Source: the human T2T-CHM13v2.0 reference genome, Homo sapiens
Assembly (NCBI RefSeq): GCF_009914755.1
Contig: NC_060940.1
DNA: 64,000 nt
Reading direction: 5' to 3' (one strand)
The notes beneath the pieces are model-generated. The model was given only the letters and a program-made list of their open reading frames with translations, did not search any database and had not been told where the DNA came from. Every line of letters begins with the position of its first letter. Positions within the stretch are counted from its first letter, which is position 1. The translations under genes were made by a program, and so were the position numbers. Below, piece by piece: positions 43,601 through 57,319 of the stretch.

Positions 43601-46600
43601 TTGATTCCATTCGATTCCATTCATTGATTCCATTTGATTCCAGTGGGTGATGATTGCCATCGATTCCATTCGATCACTCCATTCTATTCCATTTGATGAT
43701 GATTACATTCGATTCCATTTGATGATTCCATCTGATTCTATTCGAGGATTCCATTTGATTCCATTCGATGATGATTCCATTCGAGTCCATTCGATGATTT
43801 CATTCGAATACATCCAATGATTCCATTCGAGTCCATTAGATGATTCCATTTGATTCCATTTGAAAATGATTCTACTAGAGTCCATTCAATGACTCCATTC
43901 GAGTCCATTCAACAATTCCATTCGACTCCATTCGATGATTCCATTCGATTCCATTTGATGGTTCCATTCGAGTCCATTTAATCATTACAGTCGAGTCCAT
44001 TTGGTGATTCCACTGGATTTCTTTTGATAATGATACCATTCAATTGCATTTGATGATGATCCCATTCAATTTCATTTGATGATGATTCCATTAGAGTCCA
44101 TTCGATGATTTCATTCGAGTCCCTTCATTGATTCCATCCGATTTCATTGGATGATGACTCCATTCGAGTCCATTCGATGTTTCCACTCGATTCCATTAGA
44201 TGACTCCATTGGAGTCCATTTGATTGTTCCATTCGATTCCATTCGATTCCTTTCAAAGATTATTCCATTTGAGTCCATTCGATGATGATTCCATTCCATT
44301 CCATTCGATGATTCCGTTTGATTCCATTCGATGATTCCCTTCGATTCCTTTCTTTGATGATTCCATTCCATTCCATTCAATGATTCCATTCGAATCTATT
44401 CCATGATGATTCCTTTCGATTCCATTCGCTGATGTTTCCGTTCAATTCCATTCGATGATGATTCCATTCGATTCCATTCATTGAGGATTCCATTTGATTC
44501 CATTCAATGATGATTCCATTCTATTCCATTCAATGATTGCATTCAATTCCATTCAATGATTATCCCATTAGAGTAAACTCAACGATTCCATTCAATACCA
44601 TTCGATGATGATTCCTTTTGAGTCCATTCAATGATTTCATTCAAGTCCATTTGATGATTCCTTTCAATTCCATTCTATGATGATTCCATTCGAGTCCATT
44701 CGATGATTCCATTCGATTGCATTCGATGATTCCATTATATTCCATTCAACGGTGATTCCATTCGAGTCCATTCCATGATTCCATTAGAGTACATTTAATG
44801 ATTGCTTTGTTTTCAATTCGAAGATGATTACATTGGATTCCATTCTATGATACCATTCGATTCCATTCAATGATGATTCCACTCAAATCCATTGGATGAT
44901 TCCATTCGTGTCCATTCGGTGATTTCATTAGATTCCATTCGAGGATGATTCCATTCGATTCCATTCGATGATTCCATTCAATTCCATTCGATGATGATTC
45001 CATTCCAGTCCATATGATCATTCCATTTGATTTCATTCGATGATGATTCCATTCGATTCGATTCGACGATTCCATTCTATTCCATTCGATGATGATTCCA
45101 TTCGAGTCCATTCGATCATTCCATTCGAGTCCATTTAATGATTCCATTGGGTTCAATTCAATGATGATTACATTGGATTCCGTTCTATGATTCCATTCAA
45201 TTCCGTTCATTGACAATTTGATTCCATTCGATGATGATTCCATTTGAGTTCATTCGATGATTCTATTCGATTCTCTTCGATGGTGATTCAATTCTATTAT
45301 ATTGGATGATTCCATTCGATTCCATTTGATGTTGATTCAATTCGATTCTATTCGATGATGATTCCATTGGATTTCACTTGATGATTCTATTCGATTCCAT
45401 TCAATGATGATTCACTTCTCGTCCATTGGATGATTCCATTTCATTCCATTCGATGATGATTCCATTCGATTCCATTCGATGATTCCATTTGATTCCATGC
45501 GACGGTGAGCAATTCGATTCAATTCCATGATGATTCTATTTGATTCAATTAGATGATGTTTCCATTCGAATCCATTCCATGATTATTCCATTGGAATCCA
45601 TTTGGCGATGATTCCATATGAGTCAATTCAATGATGATTCCATATGGGTCCGTTCGATGATAATTCCATTTGATTTCATTCGATGCTTCTATTCTATTCC
45701 AGTCGATGATGATTCCGTTGGAGTCCATACGATGATTCCATTTGATTTCATTTGATGATGATTCCATTCGATGATGATTACATTGGATTCCATTCTATGA
45801 TTCCATTCAATTCCATTCGTTGATGATTCGATTCCATTCAATGATGATTCCATTTGAGTTCATTCGATGATTCTATTCGATTCCGTTCGATGGTGATTCA
45901 ATTATTTTATATTGGATGATTCCACTCGATTCCATTTGATGATTATTCCATTGGAGTCCACTTAGTGAATCCTTTAGATTCTACTCGACGATGATTCCAT
46001 TCGAGTCCATTCGATGATACCATTCAATTCCATTCGTTGATGCTTCCATTCAAGTGCATTCGATGATATCATTTGATTCCATTTGATGATAATTCCATTT
46101 GATTCCATGCGATGATTCTATTCGATTCCATTCAATGATAATTCCATTCAATTCAGTGATTCCTCTGGACTCCATTTGATGATGATTCCATTCAATGATT
46201 CCATTCGATTCTATTCGAAAATGATTCCATTTGAATCCATTTGATGATGATTCCATTAGATTCCATTTGATGATTCCATTCGATTCCATTCGACGATGAT
46301 TCCATTCGATTCCGTTTGATGATTCCATTCTATTCTATTCGATGATGATTCCATTCGATTCCATTCGATGATGATTGGATTCGATTCCATTTGATGATTT
46401 CATTTGATTCCATTCGTTAATGATTTCGATCAATTCCATTCGATGATTCCATTCGATTCCATTCGATAATGATTACATCCGAGTCCATTCGATGATTCCC
46501 TTTGAGCCTGTTCGATAATTCCATTTGAGTCCAACCAATGATTCCATTCATTTCCATTCAATGATTCCATTCGAGTCCATTTGATCATTCCGGTAGGGTC

Positions 46601-47087
46601 CATTCGATGTTGATTCCATTGGAGTGCATTCGATGATTCCATTCGAGTCCATTTTAGGATTTGATTCAAGTCCTTTCGATGATTCCATTCGATTCCACTC
46701 GATGATGATTTCATTCGAGTCCATTCGACACTTCCAATCGATTCCATTTGATGATTCCATTCGAGTCCAATTGATGATTCCATTCAATTCCATTCGATGA
46801 TGATTCCCTACGATTCCATTCTGTGATGATTCCATGTGATTGCATTCAATGATGATTCCTTTCGATTGCATTCGATTATGATTCATTTCGTGTTCATTCT
46901 ATGGTTCCACAGGTTTCCATTCGTGTCCATTCCATTATTCCATTCTATTCCATTTGATGATGATTCCATTCGATTCCATTCATTGGTGATTCCACTCAAT
47001 TCCATTCAATGATTCCATTCCATTTCTTTCAACAATGATTCCATTAGTTTCTAATCGATGATCCACTTGATTCCATTTGACGACGAT
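22640..47087 (+). repeat. Four complete 6,112-bp units with no net length change: U6 22,640-28,751, U7 28,752-34,863, U8 34,864-40,975, U9 40,976-47,087
   Basis: A marker ORF at 23,163, 29,275, 35,387, 41,499 and 47,611 is spaced exactly 6,112 bp; only scattered substitutions are visible. Confidence 0.95.
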
Positions 47088-50000
47088 TCCATTCTTGTCC
47101 ATTCGATGATTCCATTTGATTCCATATGATGATGATTCCATTCGATTCCATACCATGATGATTCCATTCGAGTCCATTCAATGGTGATTCCATTCAATTC
47201 CATTCGATGATTCCTTTTGATTCCATTCGATGATGATGGCATTCGATTCCTTTCAATCATTCCCTTTGATTCCATTCAAAGGTGATTTCATTCAAGTCCA
47301 TTCGATAATTGCATTCGATTCCATTCTATGATGATTCCATTCGAGTCCATTTGATGATTCCATTCAATTCAAGTCAATGATGATTCCATTCGATTCCATT
47401 CGATGATTCCATTGGATTCCATTCGATGATGATTCCATTCAAATCCATTCGATAATTCAATTCAAGTCCATTCGATGATGATTCCAATCGAATCCATTCA
47501 AAGATTCCATTCAGTTCCATTCGATGATTCCCTTAGATTCCATTCGATGATTCCACTTGATTGCATTTACGATGATTCCATTCGATTCCATGTGATGATT
47601 CCATTCAATTCTATTCAATGATGTCTCCATTTGATTCCATTCGACCATGATTGCCTTTGATTCCATTCAATGATTCCATTCGGTTCCGTTTGATGATGAT
47701 TCCGTTCGATTCCATTTGATGATTCCATTTGATTCCATTGGATGAGTCCATTCGATTACATTCGATGATTATTCCATTCGAGTGCATTAGATGATTCCAT
47801 TCGAGTCCATTCGATGATTCCATTCGATTCCATTCGATGTTGATTCTGTTCAAATCCATTCGATGATTCCACTCGATTCCATTCGTTGACTCCATTTGAT
47901 CCCATTCGATGATTTCCTTTGATTCCCTTTGATGATCATTCCGTTTGATTCAATTCGGTGATTTCATTTGATTCCATTCAGTGATGTTTCCATTCGACTC
48001 CATTCGATGATGATTCCATTCGACTCCATTCGATTATGATTTCATTCAATTCCATTCGATAATGATTCCCTTCGAGTCCATTCGATGATTCCATTCGATT
48101 CCATTCAACGATGATTTGATTCGTGTCCATTCGATGATTCCATTTGATTCCACTTGATGATGATTCCATTTGAGTCCATTTGATGATTCCATTCAATTCC
48201 ATACTCCGATGATTTCTTTTGAGCCCACTCAATGCTTCCACTCGATTCCATATGATGATGACTCCATTCGATGAAATTCGATGATGATTCCATTCGCTTG
48301 CTTTCGATGATGATTCCACTTGAGTCCGTTAGAAGATTCTATTCAATTACATTCCATGACGATTCCGTTCGAGTCCATTTGATGATTCCATTAGACTCCA
48401 TTCGACGATGATTCCATTCGATGTTATTCGATGATTCCATTTGATCTCATTCGATGATGATTCCATTCAACTCCATTCGATGTTTCCATTCGAGTTCATT
48501 CTATTATTCCATTAGATTCCATTCGATGATGATTCCATTCGATTCCATTTGATGATTGCATTCTATTTCATTTGATGATGATTCCATTCGAGTCCACTCG
48601 ATGATTCCATTCGAGTCCATTTAATGAATCCATTGGTTTCAATTCTATGATGATTACATTGGATTCCATTCGTTGATGATTTCATTCGGTTCCATTCAAT
48701 GATGATTCCATTCAATTCCTTTCAATGTTTCCATTCAATTCCATACGATGATGATTCCATTTGATTTGATTCGACAGTGAGCCATTCGATTCAATTCCAT
48801 GATGATTCTATTTGATTCAATTGGTTGACATTTCCATTCGATTCCATTCGATGATGATTCCCTTTGATTCCGTTCAAAGATGATTCCATTCTAGCCCATT
48901 CAATCATTCCATTCGATTCTATTCAATGATGATTCCATTCATGTCGATTTGGTGATTCCATTTGACTTCATTTGATGATGATTCCTTTCAAGTTCATTAG
49001 ATGATTCCATTCGATTCCATTTGATGATGATCCCATTCGAGTCCATTCAGTGATTCCATTCGTTTCCATTCCATGATGATTCCATTCCTTTCCATTCAAT
49101 GATTCCATTCGATTCCGTTTGATGATGATTTCATTCGAGTCCATTTGATGATTCCATTTGATTCCATTCGATGATGATTCCATTCGAGTCCATTCGATGA
49201 TTCTATTCGAATCCATTTGATGATTTCTTTTGATTATATTTGGTGATGATTCCATTGGAGTCCATTCAATGATTCCATTCTATTCCAATCGATGATGATT
49301 CCATTAGAGTCCATTTAATGATTCCATTTGATTCCAGTCTCTGATGATTACATTCGAGTCCATACGATGATTCCACTCAATTCCATAAGATGATGATTCC
49401 ATTTGATTCCATTCGGTGATTCCATTCTATTCTATTCAATGGTGATTCCATTCGAGTACATTAGATGATTCCATTCGATTCCATTCAATGATGATTCTAT
49501 GTGTGTCCCTTAGATGATTCCAAATGATTCCATTACATGATGATACTATTTGAGCCCATCCAATGATTCCCTTCGATTCCATTCGATGAGGATTCCATTC
49601 GATTCAATTCATTGGTGATTCTATTCAATTCAATTCTTTGATTCCATTCCATTCCATTCGACAATGATTCCATTCGATTTCTTTCGATGATTCCACTCGA
49701 TTCCACTTGACATTGATTCCATTCGATTCCATTCAATGATTCCATTTGATTCCAGTGGATGATGATTGCCATTGATTCCATTCGATCACTCCATTCTATT
49801 CCATTTGATGATGATTACATTCGATTCCATTTGATGATTCCATCTGATTCTATTCGAGGATTCCATTTGATTCCATTCGATGATGATTCCATTCGAGTCC
49901 ATTCGATGATTTCATTCCAGTACATCCAATGATTCCATTCGAGTCCATTAGATGATTCCATTTGATTCCATTTGAAAATGATTCTACTAGAGTCCATTCA

Positions 50001-53000
50001 ATGACTCCATTCGAGTCCATTCAACAATTCCATTCGACTCCATTCGATGATTCCATTCGATTCCATTTGATGGTTCCATTCGAGTCCATTTAATCATTAC
50101 AGTCGAGTCCATTTGTTGATTCCACTGGATTTCTTTTGATAATGATACCATTCAATTACATTTGATGATGATCCCATTCAACTTCATTTGATGATGATTC
50201 CATTAGAGTCCATTCGATGATTTCATTCGAGTCCCTTCATTGATTCCATCCGATTTCATTGGATGATGACTCCATTCGAGTCCATTCGATGATTCCACTC
50301 GATTCCATTAGATGACTCCATTGGAGTCCATTTGATTGTTCCATTCGATTCCATTCGATTCCTTTCGAAGATTATTCCATTTGAGTCCATTCGATGATGA
50401 TTCCATTCCATTCCATTCGATGATTCCGTTTGATTCCATTCGATGATTCCCTTCGATTCCTTTCTTTGATGATTCCATTCCATTCCATTCAATGATTCCA
50501 TTCGAATCTATTCCATGATGATTCCTTTCGATTCCATTCGTTGATGTTTCCGTTCAATTCCATTCGATGATGATTCCATTCGATTCCATTCATTGAGGAT
50601 TCCATTTGATTCCATTCAATGATGATTCCATTCTATTCCATTCAATGATTGCATTCAATTCCATTCAGTGATTATCCCATTAGAGTAAACTCAACGATTC
50701 CATTCAATACCATTCGATGATGATTCCTTTTGAGTCCATTCAATGATTTCATTCAAGTCCATTTGATGATTCCATTCAATTCCATTCTATGATGATTCCA
50801 TTCGAGTCCATTCGATGATTCCATTCGATTGCATTCGATGATTCCATTATATTCCATTCAACGGTGATTCCATTCGAGTCCATTCCATGATTCCATTAGA
50901 GTACATTTAATGATTGCTTTGTTTTCAATTCGAAGATGATTACATTGGATTCCATTCTATGATACCATTCGATTCCATTCAATGATGATTCCACTCAAAT
51001 CCATTGGATGATTCCATTCGTGTCCATTCGGTGATTTCATTAGATTCCATTCGAGGATGATTCCATTCGATTCCATTCGATGATTCCATTCAATTCCATT
51101 CGATGATGATTCCATTCCAGTCCATATGATCATTCCATTTGATTTCATTCGATGATGATTCCATTCGATTCCATTCGATGATTCCATTCTATTCCATTCG
51201 ATGATGATTCAATTCGAGTCCATTCGATGATTCCATTCGAGTCCATTTAATGATTCCATTGGGTTCAATTCAATGATGATTACATTGGATTCCGTTCTCT
51301 GATTCCATTCAATTCCGTTCATTGACAATTTGATTCCATTCGATGATGATTCCATTTGAGTTCATTCGATGATTCTATTCGATTCTCTTCGATGGTGATT
51401 CAATTCTATTATATTGGATGATTCCATTCGATTCCATTTGATGTTGATTCAATTCGATTCTATTCGATGATGATTCCATTGGATTTCACTTGATGATTCT
51501 ATTCGATTCCATTCAATGATGATTCACTTCTCGTCCATTGGATGATTCCATTTCATTCCATTCGATGATGATTCCATTCGATTCCATTCGATGATTCCAT
51601 TTGATTCCATGCGACGGTGAGCAATTCGATTCAATTCCATGATGATTCTATTTGATTCAATTAGATGATGTTTCCATTCGAATCCATTCCATGATTATTC
51701 CATTGGAATCCATTTGGCGATGATTCCATATGAGTCAATTCAATGATGATTCCATATGGGTCCGTTCGATGATAATTCCATTTGATTTCATTGGATGCTT
51801 CTATTCTATTCCAGTCGATGATGATTCCGTTGGAGTCCATACGATGATTACATTTGATTTCATTTGATGATGATTCCATTCGATGATGATTACATTGGAT
51901 TCCATTCTATGATTCCATTCAATTCCATTCGTTGATGATTCGATTCCATTCAATGATGATTCCATTTGAGTTCATTCGATGATTCTATTCGATTCCGTTC
52001 GATGGTGATTCAATTCTCTTATATTGGATGATTCCACTCGATTCCATTTGATGATTATTCCATTGGAGTCCACTTAGTGAATCCTTTAGATTCTACTCGA
52101 AGATGATTCCATTCGAGTCCATTCGATGATACCATTCAATTCCATTCGTTGATGCTTCCATTCAAGTGCATTCGATGATATCATTCGATTCCATTTGATG
52201 ATAATTCCATTTGATTCCATGCGATGATTCTATTCGATTCCATTCAATGATAATTCCATTCAATTCAGTGATTCCTCTGGACTCCATTTGATGATGATTC
52301 CATTCAATGATTCCATTCGATTCTATTCGAAAATGATTCCATTTGAATCCATTTGATGACGATTCCATTCGATTCCATTCGACGATGATTCCATTCGATT
52401 CCATTTGATGATTCCATTCTATTCTATTCGATGATGATTCCATTCGATTCCATTCGACGATGATTGGATTCGATTCCATTTGATGATTTCATTTGATTCC
52501 TTTCGTTAATGATTTCGATCAACTCCATTCGATGATTCCATTTGATTCCATTCGATAATGATTACATCCGAGTCCATTCGATGATTCCATTTGAGCCCGT
52601 TCGATAATTCCATTTGAGTCCAATCAATGATTCCATTCATTTCCATTCAATGATTCCATTCGAGTCCATTTGATCATTCTGGTAGGGTCCGTTCGATGTT
52701 GATTCCATTGGAGTGCATTCGATGATTCCATTCGAGTCCATTTTATGATTTGATTCGAGTCCTTTCGATGATTCCATTCGATTCCACTCGATGATGATTT
52801 CATTCGAGTCCATTCGACACTTTCAATCGATTCCATTTGATGATTCCATTCGAGTCCAATTGATGATTCCATTCAATTCCATTCGATGATGATTCCGTAC
52901 GATTCCATTCTGTGATGATTCCATGTGATTGCATTCAATGATGATTCCTTTCGACTGCATTCGATTATGATTCATTTCGTGTTCATTCTATGGTTCCACA

Positions 53001-53192
53001 GGTTTCCATTCGATGACGTTTCCGTTCGTGTCCATTCCATTATTCCATTCTATTTCATTTGATGATGATTCCATTCGATTCCATTCATTGGTGATTCCAC
53101 TCAATTCCATTCAATGATTCCATTCCATTTCTTTCAACAATGATTCCATTAGTTTCTATTCGATGATCCACTTGATTCCATTTGGCGATGAT
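47088..53192 (+). repeat. Transitional unit U10 (6,105 bp): homogeneous type at the 5' end, diverged type at the 3' end
   Basis: Offset 47,087 to about 52,350, then a 23-bp deletion (offset 47,064), then 16 extra bp at about 53,012 (offset 47,080); diverged-type substitutions appear from about 52,000. Confidence 0.88.
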
Positions 53193-54302
53193 TCCATTCG
53201 TGTCCATTTGATGATTCCATTTGATTCCATATGATGATGATTCCATTCGATTCCATACCATGATGATTCCATTCGAGTCCATTCAATGGTGATTCCATTC
53301 AATTCCATTCGATGATTCCTTCCGATTCCATTCGATGATGATGGCATTCGATTCCTTTCAATCATTCCCTTTGATTCCATTCAAAGGTGATTTCATTCAA
53401 GTCCATTCGATAATTGCATTCGATTCCATTCTATGATGATTCCATTCGAGTCCATTTGATGATTCCATTCAATTCAAGTCAATGATGATTCCATTCGATT
53501 CCATTCGATGATTCCATTGGATTCCATTCGATGATGATTCCATTCAAATCCATTCGATAATTCAATTCAAGTCCATTCGATGATGATTCCAATCGAATCC
53601 ATTCAAAGATTCCATTCAATTCCATTCGATGATGATTCCCTTAGATTCCATTCGATGATTCCACTTGATTCCATTTACGATGATTCCATTCGATTCCATG
53701 TGATGAATCCATTCAATTCTATTCAATGATGTTTCCATTTGATTCCATTGGACCATGATTGCCTTTGATTCCATTCAATGATTCCATTCGGTTCCATTTG
53801 ATGATGATTCCGTTCTATTCCATTTGATGATTCCATTTGATTCCATTGGATGAGTCCATTCGATTACATTCGATGATTATTCCATTCGAGTGCATTAGAT
53901 GATTGCATTCGAGTCCATTCGATGATTCCATTCGATTCCATTCGATGTTGATTCTGTTCAAATCCATTCGATGATTCCACTCGATTCCATTCGATGACTC
54001 CATTTGATCCCATTCGATGATTTCCTGTGATTCCCTTTGATGATCATTCTATTTGATTCAATTCGGTGATTTCATTTCATTCCATTCAGTGATGTTTCCA
54101 TTCGACTGTATTCGATGATGATTCCATTCGACTCCATTCGATTATGATTTCATTCAATTCCATTCAATAATGATTCCCTTCGAGTCCATTCGATGATTCC
54201 ATTCGATTCCATTCAACGATGATTTGATTCGTTTCCATTCGATGATTCCATTTGATTCCACTTGATGATGATTCCATTCGAGTCCATTTGATGATTCCAT
54301 TC
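53193..54302 (+). repeat. Partial diverged-type unit U11 (unit positions 1-~1,107, +3 bp)
   Basis: Aligns to the unit start with an extra GAT near 53,631 (offset 53,195); alignment is lost after ...AGTCCATTTGATGATTCCATTC at about 54,302. Confidence 0.85.
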
Positions 54303-56133
54303 GAGTCTATTTATGTATTATATTCGTGTCCACTTCATGATTCCATTCAATTCCATTTAATGTTGATTCCATTTGATTCCATTTGATGATTCAGTTCGAT
54401 TCCTTGCAATGATTCCCTACGATTCCTTTCTATGATGATTCCATTCGATTCCATTCATTGATGATTTCATTCGACTCCATTCGATGATGATTCCTTTCGA
54501 TTCCATTTGACGATGTTTCCATTCGAGTCCATTTGATGATGATTCTATTCAATTCTGTTCTATTATGATTCCATTCGATTTCATTCAATGCTTCTCTTTG
54601 ATTCCATTCGATGATGATTCCATCTCTTTCCCTTCGATGATTCCATTTGATTCCATTCAGTGATGATTCCATTTGATTCCATCTGATGATGATTTCACTT
54701 GATTCCTTTCAATGATGATTCAATTCAAGTCCATTCGATGATTCCATTGGAGTCCAAACGATCATTCCGTTCGATTCCATTCAATGGTGATTCCATTCAT
54801 GTCCATTCGATGAATCCATTCAATTCCATTCGATGATGACTCCATTCGAGTACATTCGATGATTCCATTTGATTCCATTTGAAGATGATTCCATTCAATT
54901 CCATTCGAAGATGATTCCATTCAATTCCATTCGATGATGATTCCGTATGAATCCATTCTCTGATTATTCCATTCGATTCCATTCATTGACGATTCCATTC
55001 AATTCCATTCAATGATGATTCTCTTCTATTCCATTCGATGATTCCGGTCGATTCCATTCGATGATGATTCCATTAGATTCCATTCGATTGTTGCATTCGA
55101 TTCCCTTCGATGATGATTCCTTTGAATTCCATTCGATTATCATTCCGTATGAATCCATTTGATGATTATTCCATTGGATTCCTTTCGATGATGATTCCAT
55201 TCGATTCCATTTGATGATGTTTCTCTTGTATTCCATTGGATAATTCCTTTCAGTTCCCTTCGATGATTATTCTTTCGAGTCAATTCGATGATTCTATTCC
55301 ATTCCCTTCGATGATGATTCCATTTCACTCCATTTGATGATTCCATTCGACTCAATTTGGTGATGATTCAATTCGATGACATTCGATGACTCCATTCAAT
55401 TTCATTTGATGATGATTACATTCGAGTCCATTTGATGATTGTATTCCTTTCCTTTTGATGATTATTCCATTCGTGTCTATTCAAAGATTCCATTCTATTC
55501 CATTCAATGATGATTGCATTTGATTCCATTCAATGATTATGGCTATCGATTCCACTCGTTGATTCCATTTGATTCCGTTCGATGATTATTCCGTTAGATT
55601 CCATTAGAAGATTCCATTCGATTTTATTCAATGATTCCAATGGATTCCATTCAATGATGATTCCATTCGACTCCATTCAGTGATTCCATTCGAGTCCTTT
55701 TGATGATTCCATTCTTTTCCATTTGATGATGATTCCATTAGGGTCCATTCAATGATTCCATTCGAGTCCATTCGTTAATGCCTTTCGAGTCCTTTTGATC
55801 ACTACATTCGAGTCCATTCAATGATTCTATTCGATTCCATTCCATGATGATTCCATTCGAGTTCATTCGATGATTGCATTCGAGTCCATTTGATGATTCC
55901 ATATGATTCCCTTCGACAATGATTCCATTCGTGTCCATTTGATGATTCCATTCATTTCCTATCGATGAAGATTCCATTCAAGTGTATTCGATGATTCCAT
56001 TCAAATCCATTCGATGATGATTCCATTCCAGTCCATTCGATCATTCCACTTGATTCCATTTGATGACTATTCCATTCAAATCCATTTGATGATTCCATTC
56101 GATTCCATTCGATGTTACCATTCGAGTATATAC
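54303..56133 (+). repeat. 1,831-bp diverged HSat2 block not colinear with the 6.1-kb unit
   Basis: Same monomer family and strand, but carries words I did not see in any unit copy (TTATGTATTATATTCG, CCTTGCAATGATTCCCTAC, CCAAACGATC, GGCTATCGAT, TTAGGGTCC) and gives unique ORF-track peptides at 54,430-55,977. Confidence 0.85.
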
Positions 56134-57319
56134 GATGATTCCACTCGATTCCATTTGATGATTATTCCATTGGAGTCCACTTAGTGAATCCTTTAGATTC
56201 TACTGGAAGATGATTCCATTCGAGTCCATTCGATGATACCATTCAATTCCATTCGTTGATGCTTCCATTCAAGTGCATTCGATGATATCATTCGATTCCA
56301 TTTGATGATAATTCCATTTGATTCCATGCGATGATTCTATTCGATTCCATTCAATGATAATTCCATTCAATTCAGTGATTCCTCTGGACTCCATTTGATG
56401 ATGATTCCATTCAATGATTCCATTCGATTCTATTCGAAAATGATTCCATTTGAATCCATTTGATGATGATTCCATTGGATTCCATTTGATGATTCCATTC
56501 GATTCCATTCGATGATGATTCCATTCGATTCCTTTTGATGAATCCATTCTATTGTATTCGATGATGATTCCATTCGATTCCATTCGATGATGATTGGATT
56601 CGATTCCATTTGATGATTTCATTTGATTCCATTCGATAATGATTTCGATCAATTCCATTCGATGATTCCATTCGATTCCATTCGATAATGATTACATCCG
56701 AGTCCATTCGATGATTCCATTTGAGCCCGTTCGATAATTCCATTTGAGTCCAATCAATGATTCCATTCATTTCCATTCAATGATTCCATTCGAGTCCATT
56801 TGATCATTCCGGTAGGGTCCGTTCGATGTTGATTCCATTGGAGTGCATTCGATGATTCCATTCGAGTCCATTTTAGGATTTGATTCGAGTCCTTTCGATG
56901 ATTCCATTCGATTCCACTCGATGATTTCATTCGAGTCCATTCGACACTTCCAATCGATTCCATTTGATGTTTCCATTCGATTCCAATTGATGATTCCATT
57001 CAATTCCATTCGATGATGATTCCGTACGATTCCATTCTGTGATGATTCCATGTGATTGCATTCAATGATGATTCCTTTCGATTGCATTCGATTATGATTC
57101 ATTTCGTGTTCATTCTATGGTTCCACAGGTTTCCATTCGATGATGTTTCCATTCGTGTCCATTCCATTATTCCATTCTATTCCATTTGAAGATGATTCCA
57201 TTCGATTCCATTCATTGGTGATTCCACTCAATTCCATTCAATGATTCCATTCCATTTCTTTCAACAATGATTCCATTAGTTTCTATTCGATGATCCACTT
57301 GATTCCATTTGACGATGAT
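56134..57319 (+). repeat. Partial diverged-type unit U12 (unit positions ~4,940-6,112)
   Basis: The landmark GGAGTCCACTTAGTGAATCCTTTAG resumes at about 56,172; offset 51,194, then -3 near 56,921 and +16 near 57,140. Confidence 0.85.

Noticed and set aside
54303-56133. Transposon or retroelement insertion
   Set aside because: There is no target-site duplication, poly(A), terminal repeat or Alu/L1 sequence; the block is itself CATTC satellite and replaces unit sequence.
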